Positions 25,201 to 35,900 of a DNA stretch of 64,000 bases are shown here, piece by piece. Source of the DNA: Amphiscolops sp. MND2022 (Eukaryota). Position 1 is the stretch's first letter; every line of letters starts with the position of its first letter. The notes beneath the pieces are model-generated. The model did no database searches. It was not told where the DNA came from and worked only from the letters and a program-made list of their open reading frames with translations. The stretch is taken from the NCBI GenBank assembly GCA_964187785.1, contig OZ076409.1:15750001-15814000 (forward strand). Reading direction: 5' to 3'. A program made the translations under genes and the position numbers.

Positions 25201-26591
25201 CCACCTTGGTGTTTGCCTCTGGTCTGTTCGTGGGCGTGGACCAGTGCCAACCGTTACACAACTCAGACCGACAAATCCCACGAGAAACAGNNNNNNNNNN
25301 NNNNNNNNNNNNNNNNNNNNNNNNNNNNNNNNNNNNNNNNNNNNNNNNNNNNNNNNNNNNNNNNNNNNNNNNNNNNNNNNNNNNNNNNNNNNNNNNNNNN
25401 NNNNNNNNNNNNNNNNNNNNNNNNNNNNNNNNNNNNNNNNNNNNNNNNNNNNNNNNNNNNNNNNNNNNNNNNNNNNNNNNNNNNNNNNNNAACTCAGACC
25501 GACAAATCCACGAGAAACAGCAGGATTCCCCTTGCCGCAGCAGATCGCTGATCTCACCCTGGCTGATGTAGAAGATTTTGTGGCAGCCATGGCTCCCTGT
25601 GTTGGCCCCCATCTTTGGCGCTGTGGGCGCGTGCCGATATCCTACCAAGCCTTTGGCAACAGCGGTCCAAGTACACATGGTATCATTTAGCACCTACCTG
25701 CAAGGTCGTCCCTCACTGGCGTATCCAAGAGTAGTACATGCTGTGTTGAGTGGCGAAATGCCGCATGGATACACGACCCTAAAGTCTGAAAGAGAGCTAG
25801 AGGAGAACCTAGTGGGCCTGTTGCGCGCGCGCACCAGGAAAGCGTGCCCTCTACCTCGAGAACATGGCCCGGTGAATTGGTACTCCGCACCTCTTAGTTT
25901 GGAAGGAGTCCCCTTCAGATTCCCGTGGAGTCAGGAATTCGTACGGAAGGTGATCCGCGCCAGCACTAGTGCTGGTCCACCCATAGACCCCTTGTACTGT
26001 TTCAAGTGCATCGCCTTCCCAAACCGCTATTGGAAAGAACCATTGGGTTGGCCAAGGGCGAAACCCGTTGGACGTGCCCCTGAATTTTTCAACCGTCAAA
26101 TCCAGCACCTAGAACTAGCTCAGATTCCAGGATGGATTGAAGGCGCTGCTCAGATCAGGCAGCGAAACCTCCAATGCCGTGTCATCCCGTTTCCCCGGAA
26201 GTCGGCGTGGAAGCCCCAAGGAAAAATGACCATGTCCGGAGATATGTCTATCGTTCAGCACGACGAGATTAATTCAGTGTTGGGCTCGACAGAGCGAGCA
26301 AAATGCGAGGAGTATTGTTTGGAATTGGAAGTTGCTAGCTTCCCTAAGTGGAAAAGAGCTTGCGAGCTCTGGAGCCAACCTGGTTGGATTTCACGACGAG
26401 TCGCACTAGCCGTGGAAAGCAGAGCGGAAATGGCGAGACAACAGGCGTTCGCGCCAACCATGCTCGCGCCATTGATGGCTATGTCTTTGGATCGGACTAT
26501 CTCACAGCCGATCACCATCAATCTTCCAACTCACAGCCTGGAGCCAGAACCAGTTAGCCCGTCATCGTCACGAACTAGTCCTCAGTCCTAG
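22269..26591 (+). CDS. Large extra ORF (~1363 aa reconstructed) with Pro/Ser/Ala-rich N-terminus and degenerate SGNH-hydrolase-like domain
   Basis: Open for ~1000 codons up to the N-gap. The gap flanks overlap by ~30 nt; collapsing them and removing one extra C at ~25595 gives one frame to TAG 26591. CTAAC plus TCCTTTTTAG acceptor at 22237-22256. Confidence 0.8.
25291..25490. other. Assembly gap (200 N), probably spurious
   Basis: AACTCAGACCGACAAATCC(C)ACGAGAAACAG appears immediately on both sides. Confidence 0.9.
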
Positions 26592-27566
26592 CAGCCACAG
26601 TCAGGAGAGCACGCAGCTGAGTTGACTCCCGATGCAGCCTTGGTGCAGCCCATTGCCAAGTTATCGCTCCCTGAAGATCTGTCAGACCCTGAGACGGTTG
26701 TCACCGTAGTCTCTCCCCGACGTCGAGCGTCAGTATCGACTGATAACACAGAGAAGACCCCCAATGATACCACTAAAGAGCGAGCTCGACGCAGTTCGGC
26801 TCGGTGAACCCAGCCGCCAACGGGAGCGTTCGCGCTCCCTGTAAACTCGAAGAACTGCCAACAAACAGTGCCTTAGAAACTTTTCATCCAAAACGGTGCT
26901 ACAATACGAAGTGCAATTTTTGTTTATAGTTATAGTTATGTGATTAACGTACCATTAGTGTTGCACTGGGTGTACGGCCAGTAGAGTGCGCCTGCCCCAG
27001 TTGTTCGAACTACCAAGCAGAAAGAAAAGAAAAACTATTATTCAAAAAAATTGCTATTTTTGTTGCGCACCGTTCGCGGTGTTTTTGAGTTACCATAATC
27101 AAAAGAAGCTTTAGCCCTCTTAGCTGCATTTTTCTTTCTCGTCTAGTGTTCTCTATCAGTTTGGTTGCTTACTGTAGGAGCCCGTGTGCTCTAAAAAAGT
27201 TTTAAATCGCCAGAGACGAATTGAAAACTACAAATGCCGAATGGTTAAGAAAAGAAATTTTAGCTGACTTTGGTCGCAAAAAAGTTTGAACAAAAATTGG
27301 TTGCCCAGACGAGTTTTAACCAATTGACAACCCTAGCTCTCGAGCTGGTGCTAAAACCCGTTCATAGTTTTGTAAAAAGACTTAGGCAATAAGATATTTT
27401 TCGAGAAAAACTGCGAAAATCGACCAAAATAGTTGCTGTCAAACAAGGACTCGTCCTTGTCTCCTGGAAATCTGGATGACGACCCCCAGCAGTCAGTGTG
27501 ATGCAGTTCTCAGATGCAGCCAGACGCTGCTTGTCGGGGACGACAAGCCAGGAGCCCTGGGAGTGA

Positions 27567-28307
27567 TGTAACGGCAAGCTCTGGTACAGCAATATCAACC
27601 GATTTTGCAGTTTTGACATGTTCAGAAATTTTGTCAAAAATTCGTTCAAATTTGACGTGGCACTCAAACATGCTCAAGATGAAGTACCTGCCAAAAAGCA
27701 CCCCAGAAAATCAGAATTCGCCGCCTGCGACGAACGAGAACCGGAGACGACTAGAGAGACGTCCCCAGCGTATACAGAACACGGTATAGTGTCCATCTCT
27801 AGGAGATTGCCGTTACTACAGTAGAGAAAACCAGTGTTCCAGATGTTCGCCTGAGTATTCCTACGGTATCCTGTGTGGCAACTAGCGCTAGCGCTGGGAA
27901 GCCGAAGTCAATTTCCATCAAATGACTCTGAACTCTTAATTTCTTATTGTATTTTTCAATGCGATAAATTGATATGCTCGAGAGCTGTTATTTAACATCT
28001 GTTTATCCAATTTGGCGATTTTATCAGATTCTCCAATACTACGGTTCAACCTTCACCGATTTTCAGCCCGATTTTTAAAGGCTAGTTGAGCAGTGGTCTT
28101 GAGTCATGCAAGATGCCTGTTACTTTTAGCAGTTACAGACTAGGACCAGGCCAGAGAGTATCCAACAAGACGGTTCCCCCACCTTGGGACTGGCTCCTTC
28201 GGAGGGAAAATGAGCTAGAGCCGCGGAGATCTAGGTCCCAGATTATATTCGCTGTTCTAGTTCCTCCACTCTAAGTTGCGGTTCAAGCGCCAGCGCTTAT
28301 CGTTACA
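27567..28307 (+). repeat. 3' LTR of element A
   Basis: Direct repeat of 19621-20361. Confidence 0.95.
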
Positions 28308-30993
28308 TTGCAACACTTTTGGTTTCTTCTCTGATTTGAAAAATGCCGACTTTAGAAATTTTGAATGTTCCCTGTTCTTGGCACTCCTGTAACATACAAT
28401 AAAACCATTTCTTCTTTCAGAAGTAAGTTCAGCAAAAAGATTAGCGTTTTTTTGTTCTCCACCCATATTTCCATATGGGGACAAAAATTACTAACTCAGT
28501 TGCCTTTAATTCTCTAAAGCATGTAATGTTCCAAATCTATACCGAAATTTTAGAGTTGAACATGAAAAGTTACTATCATCAAGGCTTTTTTCAAGCTGGT
28601 CGTAGTGATGTTTCTGGCACTAACTAATTTTGCAAATCATTTGGCGAACACAAAGTTATAGAGTTTCCTCCACAGAATTCAATTTGCTGCAGATATTCAA
28701 CATTTTTTAAAAAAATCTACCAAAATGACCCCGTTCGTTAAAAAGTTTCTTAACTTTTGTACAGCTTTCGATTGTTTTCGTGGATACCCAATATGTTCGT
28801 TTGAAGGGAAACTTAGAAACTTGGCGTATATTAAGGCCACGAAATGAACCAAAGAAAAACGAAGAAAACAAAAATTTTACTACATCGACTGTTTTTTTTG
28901 CATTTTTTGGTCAATCTTTACATTTTTGATTCAAAATGTCTCAGGGCACAATTTCCGAACAACTAGCTATCCAATACTTGGTTGAAAAATCTCGTTATGT
29001 AAGCTACAGAATTTAATGCAATTTATTCTAGTTGAAAACAGTTTCGACAGGATAATCTATAATCATGGAAAAAAGCCATGAATGGATTTGATAGAAACTA
29101 CTGAAAAAATACATTCTCATCAACAACTTTCATTTCAAACAAATAGTGGCTACCCTTGTTGGAACAGCTTGAACTTTTTACAAGTTTTTGTAGGTTATCA
29201 AGCTAATTTTCCATGATTTTATAAAATACTCGAGGAACCGACTATGCACTGGATCAACACTGACTTGATTTAAGTTTATCAAGCTGCTTGAAAGATTCAT
29301 CCTAAATTCGGCGGCAATTCCGCGCTGTAAAGTTTTGCAGGTTTCATTAAGACGCAGTTCAAATGTTGAAAACAGCTGAGACCTTCATTAATTTTACCGC
29401 ATTTTTATTGCAAATAAACTTCAGTCACATCAAGTTTCAAAGTAGCGTCATATTCAGGGGTGCTATTTGACTGACAGTTATCACATTAGGTACTTACTTG
29501 AGGAACTTACGCGTGAAAACAAAGTTTTTCTAGGGACAATACTATTGGGAGTGAAAACCACATGTAAAATTTCCTCTTCAACACGGAGAAAAGTGGAGAA
29601 CCTGCTGAAAAATTCGATTTTAGACTTACACCGGACTGGTCCGAAACTAGGATTGTCCATTGATCCGAAAACCCATCTTTTCTTGGAACTTTTCTTGGAA
29701 CAACCCTCATAGTTGATTTGTGAAAGAAATAAAAGTGCTTTCGGAAAAAAATTGTCTGGGTCGGAACTCAGATAAGTGTACGAGCAGTTACTGGACCATT
29801 GCAACAGCATTGTGATTACTCAATGGCAGTGACTACTGAGTTTGGTATCAATTGGAGCAGTATTCGTTGAGTAATTGACGATAACAGACCGCACAAAAGT
29901 GCCCAAATAGGCAGTTTTTCAGCAGTATTTTAGAGAATCGCACGGTACCTTTGGTGAAGAGTCGGGTGAAAAGGCTGTTCACTATCGTAACCGTACTGGA
30001 TTAAGTATGTGCTGGAAGATCGAGCTGATTAGCTTTTGACGGTGAATTGATACTGAAAAAAAACAATGTGTCATAGTGCATAGGGGTACCTCACGTCAGT
30101 ATCAACGTGAAATTGTGCACCGACCTCGGACAAGAATTACAAATACTTTTTACCAGAGAATTACACAACAAAACTCCACACGGGGAGCCTCAAATAAAAT
30201 GTGCGATAGACCGGTATAGCAAGTGACACCAAAAATTTGCAAAACGTCAGAAATTAAAAACTTTTTAGCGAATCATTTTATTCTATACGGAATTTCAGAG
30301 AGGATAAAATCCGATGAAAGGAGGAGGATTTTTTCAGCTGAATACACAGAATTTTAAAAAAGAAGTCAATATTGCCCAACTTGAGTCATTACCGGAAACG
30401 TAACAGTTGAAAGGGCTATGCAAACAATGAAAAAGTCAGTCTTAGCTAATATGGAAGACGCAAATGACTTAACTGAAAGCGCGAATCGAGCACTAAAATA
30501 ATGCGATTCACAATTCACACGGGACTGTGAAAAGCATCGTTCGAATTTCATCACGCTGAAAACGCGAGAACGGAATCATAAAACATTATAAAGATGGGAA
30601 GTGTTTCCTGTCAGATTGGTCAGAACGGTCCGTTTCCAGATCAAACAAACCGAATATACCAATTTATGTCGGTCAAACACCAAGGGGAAATACTTCTTCA
30701 TAGGGCGATGGCCCAAACAAAAACCAAAAAGCGGCAACTGGCTTCGGAAGCAAAGTTAACGAAAAAGAAAATCCCGGTTACAATATCCGTTCAACTTAGG
30801 GATGAGATTTTCAGGGACATCTGAATAGGAAATTGCGAATTGTTCCAAACAAGAAACGAGCCGAAACAGATTCGGAAGACGAACATGACGACGATGAAGA
30901 AGAATTAATGCCGGAAGAAGCTGGAAATCTCTACGACGCCTCCGAAAAAGACGGACGCTGTGCTCCAAAATTAATTAAGTCATCAAATTTCGC

Positions 30994-31210
30994 AAGACAT
31001 AAAGGGAAGTGTTGCCCTTCCGCCCCCGAGGCGCCACAACCCAGAAAATACAAGGCCAGATATGTCCCATGCCCTCAATGCGAATATCCAGTTGCAGACA
31101 CAAACCTGGCTAGACACCTCCGCGCCTGCAGAGCCAGACGGGAGGAGAGCGCACCCTCATCAAGAGGGTGAAAGCTAAAGAAGAAGAAGAAGAAGAAGAA
31201 GAAGAAGAAG
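30994..31210 (+). mobile_element. Short 5'-truncated RTE-like LINE 3' end with (GAA)n tail
   Basis: Near-identical to 32804-33020, including the CPQC..HLRAC finger and the GAA tail. Confidence 0.85.
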
Positions 31211-31256
31211 CCGGAAATGTCTACGACACCTCCGAAAATGACGGACGCTGTGCTCC

Positions 31257-33020
31257 TATATAGACAACCCCGGGAACTATCGCGGAGTGTGCCTGTTGGC
31301 CATGATAAGCCGCATCCTTGCCAGAGTTATTGCCAAACGTCTACGAAACTGGACAAAAAACACGGTATCCTGGATAACAACCAGAGTGCATTTCGTCCGG
31401 GACGCTCCACAGCGGTCGCTACACAAGTAATCATCAGAATCCAAGAGGACATGCAGTACATCAGACCAAGACACACAGCAACCAACAGCACGGAAGACGA
31501 AAACGAACCCGAAGGACGCCTTCTACATCTAGAGAAAGCTTACCCCAGAGTTTCAAAACCGGCCCTATGGCAGATTCTAGAGCGGCTTGGTCTCAAAGGC
31601 CTCTTCTTCTACACCATCAAGGATCTGCACGAAGCCACGTCCTACGCCGTCAAGAGCAGAGAGGGCGACAGCGCGAATTGGCTCCCACAACGTGGTCTCA
31701 GGGATGGATGTCCAAACAGCCCCCCGTCCTCTTCAACATCTTTCACCAAGTGGTGATAAAAGAGGGAGAGGCGAAGAAGAACAGACAGTCGAAGAACTCC
31801 TCACCGATGGGGATCCCCTGGAGGCACAACGTGCAAGACAGAATCCCCGGACCGAACCAGTTTGGGAAGAACAACTTGGAATGTCAAGAGAGCCACCTGG
31901 CCATGTCCCTATTCGCAGACGACACCACCATCCTGGGCACAGCCAGAGAATTGCGGACAGGATGTGAAGCGGTCAAAGAAACCATGCAGAGCTTCGAGGA
32001 GAAGAACAACACCCTCAAAGAAGAGAAGCTAATCTTTGGAGCGTAGCAGTCGGCGGACATCAAAATGCTCGAATGTTGGGTGGACCCCAGAATAGACACA
32101 CGGAACCCCATCGCAAGAGCTGCAAAGCTCTGGGCAAAACTGAAGCCACAACTGATCAAGAGTAGACGCTCGTGGCAGAAAAGGGAAATAAAAACGATGC
32201 AAAGTTGGATCAACAGAACCTATCGGTACATATGGAGCAACGTGAAGGAAGCCCCCCTTAAGACGATGGAAAGAAGCCACACGAACATGGAAGATATGCG
32301 AAACAGCCTTGGAACAACGTCTCTGCAAACAAAGATCGAACAAAGAAGCCTCTAAAGAATCGGACACGTTCTCAGGATGGACCAGCACAGACCGGTGAAG
32401 CGAGGTATATGTGGATGGTTACCGGAGATGGAGCACATCTCAAACAGAGAACGAAGATTAGAACAACTCCATACTATTGGTTCAAACTTGTGAAGGAAGC
32501 GGGAATTGACCCCACAAATCTAGATGTCCTCACGGCTAACCGCAACACGTGGAAAGAAATAGTCCGGAAACGGAACGACCACCTAGCAAAGTGGGAAACT
32601 AGCCGAGGAAACAGAAACAGAGAAAATGTTCAATACACGCCCTGAATGCGAAAAAAATTTGTAAAACCGCGGGAGGATTAAGCATCCACATCAAACGGAT
32701 GCACCGCCAAGCGACCACATCATTTAATTGCGGAAAGTGTCAAAATGAATTCAAATCCAAAAGCACGCTCAGAAGCCACCAAAAAAGATGCCAAGGAGAG
32801 GAGAAGACATCGACGGAAGTGTTGCCCTTCCGCCCCCGAAGCACCACAACCCAGAAAATACAAGGCCAGATTTGTCCCATGCCCTCAATGCGTATATCCA
32901 GTTGCAGACATAAACCTGGCTACACACCTCCGCGCCTGCAGAGCCAGACGGGAGGAGAGCGCACCCTCAGCAAGAGGGTGAAGGCTAAAGAAAAAGAAGA
33001 AGAAGAAGAAGAAGAAGAAG
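31257..33020 (+). mobile_element. 5'-truncated non-LTR retrotransposon (RTE-like), decayed RT plus C-terminal zinc fingers
   Basis: RT motifs QSAFRPGRST, LEKAYPRV, GLRDGCPNSP/VLFNIF and LFADD; CxxC..H fingers; (GAA)n tail; frameshifts and stops. Confidence 0.9.
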
Positions 33021-34637
33021 TCGGAAATCTCTACGACGCCTCCGAAAAAGACGGACGCTGTGCTCCAATCCGGACAGACCCAATAACTGACATGATTCAA
33101 ACTTACACAGATGGGGAGATGCCACAGGGTAAGATTTCTGAAATAAGTATTAGGCGGTCATACCGAAATGTCAATTGACCGACTAGATACGATATTTAGC
33201 CATACCGAGGAAATTTCTCGTTTGATCTGTTACAGGCCCAATTTGGAATTGCACAAAAGGCGCACCACAACAGGAAACTGAGCAAAAGACAAAAGACGTC
33301 TTATGGGGCGTAATGTCGCCACCTGGGGCATCTAGATATTAGAAGAAGAACGGTGAGATACTTGGGAACGTTATATGGTTCATCCGTTATTTACCGACAT
33401 CAACATTTGATCTCTATCGAGTTTCAGTTAAAGAGTTACCTGCCACAGTAGACAAACAATAAACTGAAAATATAAAATAGCTATATCCTTTTATGTTTTG
33501 TACGTAAAGTTTACTACGTAGTACCAGAAAGAGAGAGTCTTTTTATGAACCGTTTTTCACCGTTAGCTCAGAATATAATATTGGCCTACATTTTTTTGGT
33601 GGTTTTGTGGACATCAAATCTTACAAAGATCAAAAGAGTAGTTTCCTAACATATTGTTTTTTAGGGAAAATGGATGTATTTTCAAAGTGACAAAATGGTT
33701 CAAAAAACCAAAATTTTCAATTTTCGAGATTTTTTTGCTAGCTTTCACTTTCTTTAGCTTGAAAAACATTTTATTGCTGAAATAGCTAGGGAGGAAAATA
33801 TCCCACAGCCCAGCGGACGTCTTTTATTCGGGTTGATTTTTTTGATGCTTTATTGTTGTTTGATGCATTATTGTTTGCATTTTCAACATCTTGTGTTGTT
33901 TTAAGAAACAGCTGTTATAAAATGTTAAAAACTGGAAAAACAGTCAGCTTCAGAAGACGAACCACATGATTGCTTTACGATGAAACAGGGAAGTTAGAAA
34001 TCATCGTGTTTCGTGCCGTAAAGGTCAAATTGTCCGAGCTCAAAGAGTGGAAACAAAAAAATTGTCGAACAAAAAACGGAATTATAACTAAAAATCAAAA
34101 CCAACCAGTCTAATGCAGATAATTTTTCGAATATGTTTCAGTTGAAAATGAAAATCAAGATTTGGGTTGGAAGAGAGAAGAGCTTCAAAACACTGATGAA
34201 AAATCGATGCTTTTCAGTCAACATCAATTGATTTTCTTTCACGTGATCAATTGTCTTATTCCTCATTTCTTTGATCGCATCACTGAGATATAGAAAATGA
34301 GGAAGTAAATGATAAACTTCGAATTGAAACAGAAATTACTCCTCCTAATTCAAGTCCTAATTGCTACGTCCTAATCTCGAATATTTGAATCCGTGGAAGA
34401 ATTTGTCCCCAAAGAAGAAAAAGTGTTTGCTTTTAATTTAACAAATCTTGAATAAAACAGTTTTGTTTCTCCGCACTTTTGATCGAAAAAAACGCTTTGT
34501 TACTTTGAAAATGTAACCAAGAAAATTGAACGAAAGCATTGTTCATCTCAATTGAGGCATCATCAAAAAAGAAGAAAAGACAAAATGATTCTATAAAAAG
34601 AATAGAGAATCAATAAAAACAATTGACAAAGACCATA

Positions 34638-34836
34638 CCCAGCGATCGAAGACATGGTACGCTTGCCAAGAACCCATGTAAATCGCTAGCTAGCCTTGGC
34701 AAGATCTTAGCATGATCTTACCAAGATCTTGCCAAGGATACCATGATTATACAAGATCGTGCCAAGCGTACCATGTATTACCATGATCTTGGCAAGGATG
34801 CCAAGATTAACCATGTTCTTGACAAGGGATCCAGGG
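34638..34836. mobile_element. Small MITE-like element with internal CCAAGAT/CATG repeats
   Basis: TA|CCC...GGG|TA ends; related inverted copy at ~36400-36522. Confidence 0.5.
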
Positions 34837-35728
34837 TAGGAAATCCGTTTTTTTTTGGGAAATTCGACACTTAAACCTCAACTATTCAACCAGATTCTTC
34901 ACTCAGATCAATATTTTCACTCAGTTCAATGATAGCAAGGGCTGTGTTTTTGGGAACAATGCATTCAAGCTTCAGCTATGTATCAAGAAATCTCACTCAG
35001 CAGATCAAAAACGTTTCAGTACACTGTCAATTAGAAGAGAAACCACTGCCATTTTTAAATATTTCAAGGATAAAATATCATCAAAAATCAAGTACAAAAT
35101 ACAGAAAATCTAACATCAAACTTAAATAAAAACCACACAAAAAACAATATTCTGCATTCAACTTTGAGGTATTTATCTAGAAAGGTCACTCAGAACAAAA
35201 TCCATTGGCTGATCAGTAAAATAGGAGAGGAACTAATGATATTTCTCAAACAAAATTTGGATAATTCTCAAACATAATACAAAATCTAGAAAAGACATAA
35301 AGGGAAAAGTCTGCCTTGGTTCCACTGGGAATAACGTCTATAGGAGCAGCATCTAAACTGAAATCTTGGAAATTAACGTCTAACAAATCGGGAACGGCCT
35401 AAATCGGCGTCGTATATAAGGATCAAAAACAGCAAAAGGACTTCAAAGTGTCAAGTAGTCTCTTCTACGGTACCCAAAAAACCCAAAAATTCGACATACG
35501 GATTTCTAACATCTTTTTAGTTGCAAAACAATAAAAAATTGAACCCTTTGAAGATATTAAAAATATGTCGAAAAGTCTCACAATGCCAAAAAAAACAAAA
35601 GGGCCCCTTGTGATTTTTCAACATCTATTCTTTCGCAAAACATCAAAAAAATGAAGAGGACAATTTCGTGATTTTTTCCCAAAAAGTCAATGCCGATACA
35701 AAGAAAGAGGGGCCTTTTGTGATTTTTT

Positions 35729-35900
35729 AACATCCGAACTTTGAAAACATTACATCCGAACTTCGAAAACGTTACATCCGAACTTTGAAAACGTTATATT
35801 CGAATTATGAAAACGGTATATCCGAACTCTGAAAACGTTACATCCGAACTTGAAAACGTTACATCCGAACTTGAAAACGTTACATCCGAACTTTGAACCG
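35729..35900 (+). repeat. Tandem repeat, 21-22-bp unit GAAAACGTTACATCCGAACTT(T), about 8 copies
   Basis: Directly visible array. Confidence 0.9.

Larger units (their letters stand above)
19621..28307 (+). mobile_element. LTR retroelement A, non-autonomous (gag-pol deleted), carrying a macrodomain tail and a large extra ORF
   Basis: Two 741-bp direct LTRs (TGTAACG...CGTTACA), PBS at 20377, purine tract GGGAGTGA before the 3' LTR, TTG on both flanks. Confidence 0.95.

Noticed and set aside
22269..26591. Calling the extra ORF env
   Set aside because: No N-terminal signal peptide, furin-site/fusion-peptide arrangement or C-terminal anchor recognised.
29467..29810. Overlapping 67-109-aa ORFs
   Set aside because: No recognisable motif or splice structure.
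30708..30913. Possible pogo/Tigger-like N-terminal HTH and acidic tract at the RTE target
   Set aside because: Too short and degenerate, and no convincing TIRs.
35729..35900. Short repeat array as a CRISPR
   Set aside because: Units are head-to-tail without unique spacers, there are no cas genes, and the context is eukaryotic.
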